Origin: an uncultured Acidimicrobiia bacterium
GTDB lineage: Bacteria > Actinomycetota > Acidimicrobiia > Spongiisociales > ZC4RG35
Reading direction: 5' to 3'
Assembly (NCBI GenBank): GCA_963761985.1
Contig: CAVXIT010000002.1
Span: 18,658 to 82,657 of the forward strand
DNA: 64,000 nucleotides
Part shown: positions 60,198-64,000 of the stretch, in pieces
How positions within the stretch are numbered: the first letter of the stretch is position 1
Layout: every line of letters begins with the position of its first letter
Program-made: the position numbers and the translations under genes
Notes under the pieces: generated by a model
What the model was told of the DNA's origin: nothing
The model's database searches: none
What the model saw: the letters and a program-made list of their open reading frames with translations, nothing else

Positions 60198-61430
60198 ATG
60201 TTGGTCGTCGTTCGTAACGTATTCGATACGGCGATTGGCTTAGATGGTGCGATGTTGAGCGCAAGACGGCCGGTTCTGGCCACCCTGGCGGTCGCAGCGT
60301 TGCTATTGCTTATTGCTCTGAGCCTGTCGGCTACGGTCGAAGCAAATTCCAGCCAAACGGCGCACTACCTCTATTTGCGAGAGGCCGTGGTGGCCGGCGC
60401 AGTGACTCTTGCTCTCGGCGCCATCATCCTCCTTCGCAGGTCACGTCATGCGATCGGGCTCGTATTGCTCATCGGTGGGTTCCTATGGTCGATGCAGGCT
60501 GCGCTCGGCGAGTTTTCCATTGCTGCCGGTGTCTTCGGCTGGCCCGCGGCAAGCGGAACGGCGTGGGCAGCCAACCTCATCCGACAACCGGGTTTTGTGC
60601 TCAGCTTCGTTCTGATTTTCCTCCTCTACCCCACTGGAAGCCCGCTCGGTAAATGGGGTAGGGCACTGACCTGGACGGCGATCGCCGCGACCGGAGTCTG
60701 GGTCGTCTTGCTGGCCTTGGGGCCAGGCGCGTTGGAAGACTTCCCCGGGCGGCTCAATCCGCTGGGATGGGCACCCATCGAGACGATTCGCCAGCCGCTT
60801 GAATTGGCCCAGTTCGTCCTGGTGATCGTCGGCATCCTGGGCGGACTCACCTCGATCGCGATTCGTTTTCGACGAGCGCGAGGCGAGGAGCGCGCCCAGA
60901 TCAAGTGGTTTTTCTACGCCACGGTCGTGGCCGTGTTGGTGTTGGTACTGGCCAACGTCCTCTTTCCGGTGGAAATGGAAGGGGAATTGGGGGCCATCGT
61001 GTGGCTCGCGGCTCCGATGTCGATTCTTGTGGCCATGGCGGTGGCAATCGCCCGCTATCGGCTATTTGACATCGACCAGATTGTTTCCCGCACAGTGACC
61101 TATGGCACTGTCGTGGTTCTGTTGGCTGCCGCCTATGCCGGCGTTGTCTTCTTGCTGCGGGACTTGTTCCCGCTTGAGGGCCCGGTGGCAGTGGCGGGAT
61201 CGACGCTCTTGGTGGCGGCCCTTTTCAATCCCCTGCGGAGGAGGGTTCAAGGGCTAATCGACCGACGCTTCAATCGTTCCCACTACGACATCACCCGCAC
61301 CATCGATGCTTTCTCCCAACGTCTGACCGATGCGGTTGACCTTGTTCCGTTGCGTTCGGAACTTTCCCGTCTCGTCGCCCAAACGATGCAGCCAACTTCG
61401 CTCTCGGTATGGCTGCGAGACCAGCCCTAG
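60198..61430 (+). CDS. polytopic membrane protein, paralogue A, with conserved C-terminal RYRLFDID...DRRFNRS...VWLR module
   Basis: About 8 TM segments then about 110-aa cytoplasmic tail; likely start at M of MLSARRPVLATL (60249). Confidence 0.5.
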   Translation: MLVVVRNVFDTAIGLDGAMLSARRPVLATLAVAALLLLIALSLSATVEANSSQTAHYLYLREAVVAGAVTLALGAIILLRRSRHAIGLVLLIGGFLWSMQAALGEFSIAAGVFGWPAASGTAWAANLIRQPGFVLSFVLIFLLYPTGSPLGKWGRALTWTAIAATGVWVVLLALGPGALEDFPGRLNPLGWAPIETIRQPLELAQFVLVIVGILGGLTSIAIRFRRARGEERAQIKWFFYATVVAVLVLVLANVLFPVEMEGELGAIVWLAAPMSILVAMAVAIARYRLFDIDQIVSRTVTYGTVVVLLAAAYAGVVFLLRDLFPLEGPVAVAGSTLLVAALFNPLRRRVQGLIDRRFNRSHYDITRTIDAFSQRLTDAVDLVPLRSELSRLVAQTMQPTSLSVWLRDQP

Positions 61431-62578
61431 TTGGCCTCTCCGCGTAGCCACACTGACATCATCGCCGGCTGCATTGTCTGGCTAACGACGGATCGAACTT
61501 CGCTCGTCAGATCGATGAGGTCAACTCTCGTCGGTAGAAGTCGGGTGAAGTTCTCGACGACGCGGGCCGCGGCGGCTCCTGACCGATTGAACCGGCGATC
61601 AATCGCTCCTTGCAGACGGCGACGAAGCGGGCTGAAGAGCGCCGCGACTCCGAGCGTTGCCCCTGCGACGGCGAGGTCTCCTTCGAGACGGATGAGATTG
61701 GTGAGCACGAAGACGATCGCCACATAAATGCCAACGAGCGCGGCTGTGATGAGTCCATAGGTGACCGTGCGAGAGATGATCCGGTCGATGTCGTAGAGGC
61801 GGTAGCGAAGGATCGCCACACCGATCGCGACCGGGATCAGCGCCAGGGCCAACGTCACGACAACGTTCTCCACATCGTCACTCACTTCCCCGATGCCGTT
61901 GAAGAGCTCCCAAAGCAAGACTCCGCCCGCAGCTGCCGCCATTACGACGACGCTCAGAACCACCCACTTGAGCTGTTGGCGCTCGACGGCTGTGCCCCGC
62001 TGAAAGCGAACGATGAGCGATACCACCGAAGCGAGGATCGCCGCCATCAGCAAGTAGATGCCACCTCCTTCCAGAAGCACCACCAGACCGTCGGCGTCCT
62101 CTAACGCGATCGGATTCTCGACGGGTAGATCGTCGAAAGTCTCGGGCGAGAGAGCGACTCCGGCCAGCAACATCGTCAGGCCGACCCCTGCCGCCCACAC
62201 AACCACACGCCATCCACGTGAGCGAAGCTTGCCGGTCGGGAAGAACAGGAGGACAAAGGTTGCGAGAACGCCGGTGCCTAATCCAAAGGCCAGGTTGCCG
62301 GCCAACGTGGCCACGGCGTAGAGGGCACCTCCTGGATCGATTACCGAGGACTCGACGAGCGAAACTCCCAGGCCGCCGGTCGCGTAAGAAAAAGCAGCCA
62401 AAAGCAGGAGCCGGCCAACCACATTGCCGCGGACTTTGATGGTCGTCAGCAGGCCAATGAGAGTGGTTGCCACCACGAAGACAAGAGTTGCAACTTCGGC
62501 GCTGCCATAGGCAGTGGACTTGGTGGCAACGATGACACCGAGCTCGACGGCGATCACGGCTGCCACGAACCAACTCAC
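61427..62578 (-). CDS. polytopic membrane protein, paralogue B, convergent with paralogue A (stops overlap)
   Basis: Same architecture and C-terminal module (LRYRLYDIDRIISRTVTYG...DRRFNRS...SVWLRG); GTG start at 62578; the upstream 130 aa of the track ORF is an Arg/Cys-rich artefact. Confidence 0.5.
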   Translation of the reverse strand: MSWFVAAVIAVELGVIVATKSTAYGSAEVATLVFVVATTLIGLLTTIKVRGNVVGRLLLLAAFSYATGGLGVSLVESSVIDPGGALYAVATLAGNLAFGLGTGVLATFVLLFFPTGKLRSRGWRVVVWAAGVGLTMLLAGVALSPETFDDLPVENPIALEDADGLVVLLEGGGIYLLMAAILASVVSLIVRFQRGTAVERQQLKWVVLSVVVMAAAAGGVLLWELFNGIGEVSDDVENVVVTLALALIPVAIGVAILRYRLYDIDRIISRTVTYGLITAALVGIYVAIVFVLTNLIRLEGDLAVAGATLGVAALFSPLRRRLQGAIDRRFNRSGAAAARVVENFTRLLPTRVDLIDLTSEVRSVVSQTMQPAMMSVWLRGEAN

Positions 62579-63000
62579 TGCTTTCCGGGCCTCTTTGACT
62601 CGACCAGCGACCTGACAACGCCGATAAGCATCACGGCCGGCAGCGCAACGTTGAGCGCTGCAATTGCTTTGACATGCTTGGGCAGTCCTTGCCTGAGAAT
62701 TCGGTGCGACAGGGGTTCGGCGACAGCTCCGGCGAGAAAGGTCGATGTCAGGAGGACTAGCCGCCCGTTGGCCTGTCGACTCTGACCAGAGCCCTTGAGC
62801 AGACGCCACATCAGGAAGATCATGGCCGGTGGCGCCGAAAGCGCACTTCCGTTGCCAACGATCGCATCGACCGCGATTGGCAACCTGGTGCGTATCCCCA
62901 AGGGCTCGGCCGGAAAGCCTCCTCGGATTGCCGTCACGACGCCAGCGAGGAAGTTGGCTGTGTATGCCATCGCGGCCCACCGCACGAGCCTTTCGTTCAT
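62575..63000 (-). CDS. small 4-TM membrane protein coupled (GTGA overlap) to paralogue B
   Basis: 141 aa; stop overlaps the paralogue B GTG start. Confidence 0.4.
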   Translation of the reverse strand: MNERLVRWAAMAYTANFLAGVVTAIRGGFPAEPLGIRTRLPIAVDAIVGNGSALSAPPAMIFLMWRLLKGSGQSRQANGRLVLLTSTFLAGAVAEPLSHRILRQGLPKHVKAIAALNVALPAVMLIGVVRSLVESKRPGKQ

Positions 63001-63035
63001 CGATCAGCGTCTAGCGAATGGACGTTCCGAGAGCA

Positions 63036-63740
63036 TTACGGTCCAGCTGCCGGGACAAAGTCGAACCGCTCGCCCGAGTCCCACAGCGAGCGCTGGTTGC
63101 CGTGGGCGGGGAAGCCGCCGGCGTCCATCAACAGCCGAGCTGTGTGGAGCAAGTTCCAGGTCATGAAGGTGGTGTTGCGATTCGTGAAGTCGTTCTCGGG
63201 ACCCCCCGAACCTGGATCCAAATAGGACGGGCCGGGGCCGGCTTCGCCGATCCAACCGGCGTCGGCTTGCGGTGGGATGACATAGCCGAGGTGCTGGAGG
63301 GAGTAGAGGATATTCATCGAACAGTGCTTGATTCCGTCTTCGTTGCCGGTCACGAGGCAACCGCCTACTCGGCCGTAGTAGGCGTATTGGCCCTCGTCAT
63401 TGAGCACGGAACTATTGGCGTAGAGGCGTTCGATCAGTCGGGTGCACATGGAGGATTTCTCCCCCAACCAGATTGGTGTGCCAACTACCAGGATCTGGGA
63501 CTCGATGACGCGCTCGAAGATCGCAGGCCAGTCGTCGTGATCCCAGCCATGCTCGGTCATGTCGGGATATACGCCAGGCACGAGTTCGAAGTCAACTGCC
63601 CGCAGATAGTCAACCGCAACACCCTGTTTCCGCATTATCGCCATCGAAAGCTCCATCAAGCCTTCGGTATGGGAGAGCTCGGGCGACTTCTTCAAGGTGC
63701 AGTTGATGTAGATCGCTCTTAGATCGGAGAGGTCTTTCAC
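63036..63740 (-). CDS. flavodoxin-like/NAD(P)H-dependent FMN reductase family protein
   Basis: ILVVGTPIWLG flavodoxin-like motif; GTG start 63740 overlapping the stop of the upstream DUF6510-like gene. Confidence 0.6.
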   Translation of the reverse strand: MKDLSDLRAIYINCTLKKSPELSHTEGLMELSMAIMRKQGVAVDYLRAVDFELVPGVYPDMTEHGWDHDDWPAIFERVIESQILVVGTPIWLGEKSSMCTRLIERLYANSSVLNDEGQYAYYGRVGGCLVTGNEDGIKHCSMNILYSLQHLGYVIPPQADAGWIGEAGPGPSYLDPGSGGPENDFTNRNTTFMTWNLLHTARLLMDAGGFPAHGNQRSLWDSGERFDFVPAAGP

Positions 63741-63997
63741 CCGGACACCTCGATCCAGCGCAGTGATTGAATGCTGATTCGATAGTGAGACGGCGTTTTG
63801 ACCGCCACCATCAAGACCACCCCACAGTCGGCGCAACGAACTACGTCCCCCGGGGCGCTCCGGTAAACGATCGTCCGACCCAACGGGTTGATCGCCCCAC
63901 AATCGCCACAACAACCCTCCTGATCAGTCATCTCTCTTCCAAACACCTCGTAGAACATCCCCGCCAACGCGTTGCCGTCGAGATGCCTGGCGGTCAT
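63737..63997 (-). CDS. DUF6510-like small Cys-rich protein (CCGDCG...CADCG zinc-ribbon-like)
   Basis: 86 aa; four Cys in two CxxC-like pairs. Confidence 0.45.
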   Translation of the reverse strand: MTARHLDGNALAGMFYEVFGREMTDQEGCCGDCGAINPLGRTIVYRSAPGDVVRCADCGVVLMVAVKTPSHYRISIQSLRWIEVSG

Positions 63998-64000
63998 TTT

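Noticed and set aside
61427-62980. Full 517-aa reading of the minus-strand membrane protein
   Set aside because: The first ~130 residues are Arg/Cys-rich with no hydrophobic helices and overlap a well-formed 141-aa membrane ORF in another frame. The start was moved to GTG 62578.
1-64000. Mobile elements, prophage, integrons, toxin-antitoxin or defence islands
   Set aside because: No integrase, transposase, recombinase, phage structural or known defence-system genes were recognisable. GC content and coding density look uniform, consistent with core chromosome.

Overview
High-GC (~65%) chromosomal segment with Actinomycetota-like gene content and synteny, carrying about 70 genes and no mobile elements, CRISPR arrays, rRNA or tRNA. 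Actinobacterial hallmarks are a class E sortase, an F420-type LLM oxidoreductase, a DUF4190 protein and an OmpR-family RR / HK / HtrA module in the order RR, HK, HtrA (the RR-HK-HtrA order is compared to mprA-mprB-pepD from memory in a finding). Housekeeping and metabolic content includes an aconitase translationally coupled to an ArsR-like regulator, the Mrp/ApbC Fe-S carrier, gamma-glutamyltransferase, and a 5-gene beta-oxidation-like operon (thiolase, CaiB-type CoA-transferase, SDR, pseudo-SDR, MaoC hydratase) next to two acyl-CoA dehydrogenase-like genes and a TetR regulator. Other modules are a second OmpR/HK two-component system, an ECF sigma / anti-sigma pair, a Pit phosphate transporter with DUF47, a Znu-like metal ABC system with a Fur-family regulator, and an Opp/Dpp-type peptide ABC operon. 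The most notable observations are: (i) at least five single-base frameshift lesions between 40 and 51 kb (a BNR-repeat gene, oppF, the opp substrate-binding protein, oppC with an ATA start, and the Fur/Zur regulator), which are either real gene decay or assembly indels; (ii) an ECF sigma/anti-sigma pair whose anti-sigma carries a 7-bladed beta-propeller plus an alpha/beta-hydrolase-like domain; (iii) tandem membrane HD-GYP paralogues, one degenerate, preceded by a 29-aa leader ORF; (iv) a convergent, stop-overlapping pair of paralogous polytopic membrane proteins with a conserved C-terminal module; (v) an intergenic inverted array of heptamer repeats, (GACATCA)x4-CCCA-(TGATGTC)x5, forming a long hairpin; (vi) TCTCAGG-type 11-bp direct repeats upstream of a response regulator, a 20-bp perfect palindrome at a zero-spaced divergent gene pair, and a Fur-box-like operator. 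Nothing resembling a known defence or secretion system was seen.
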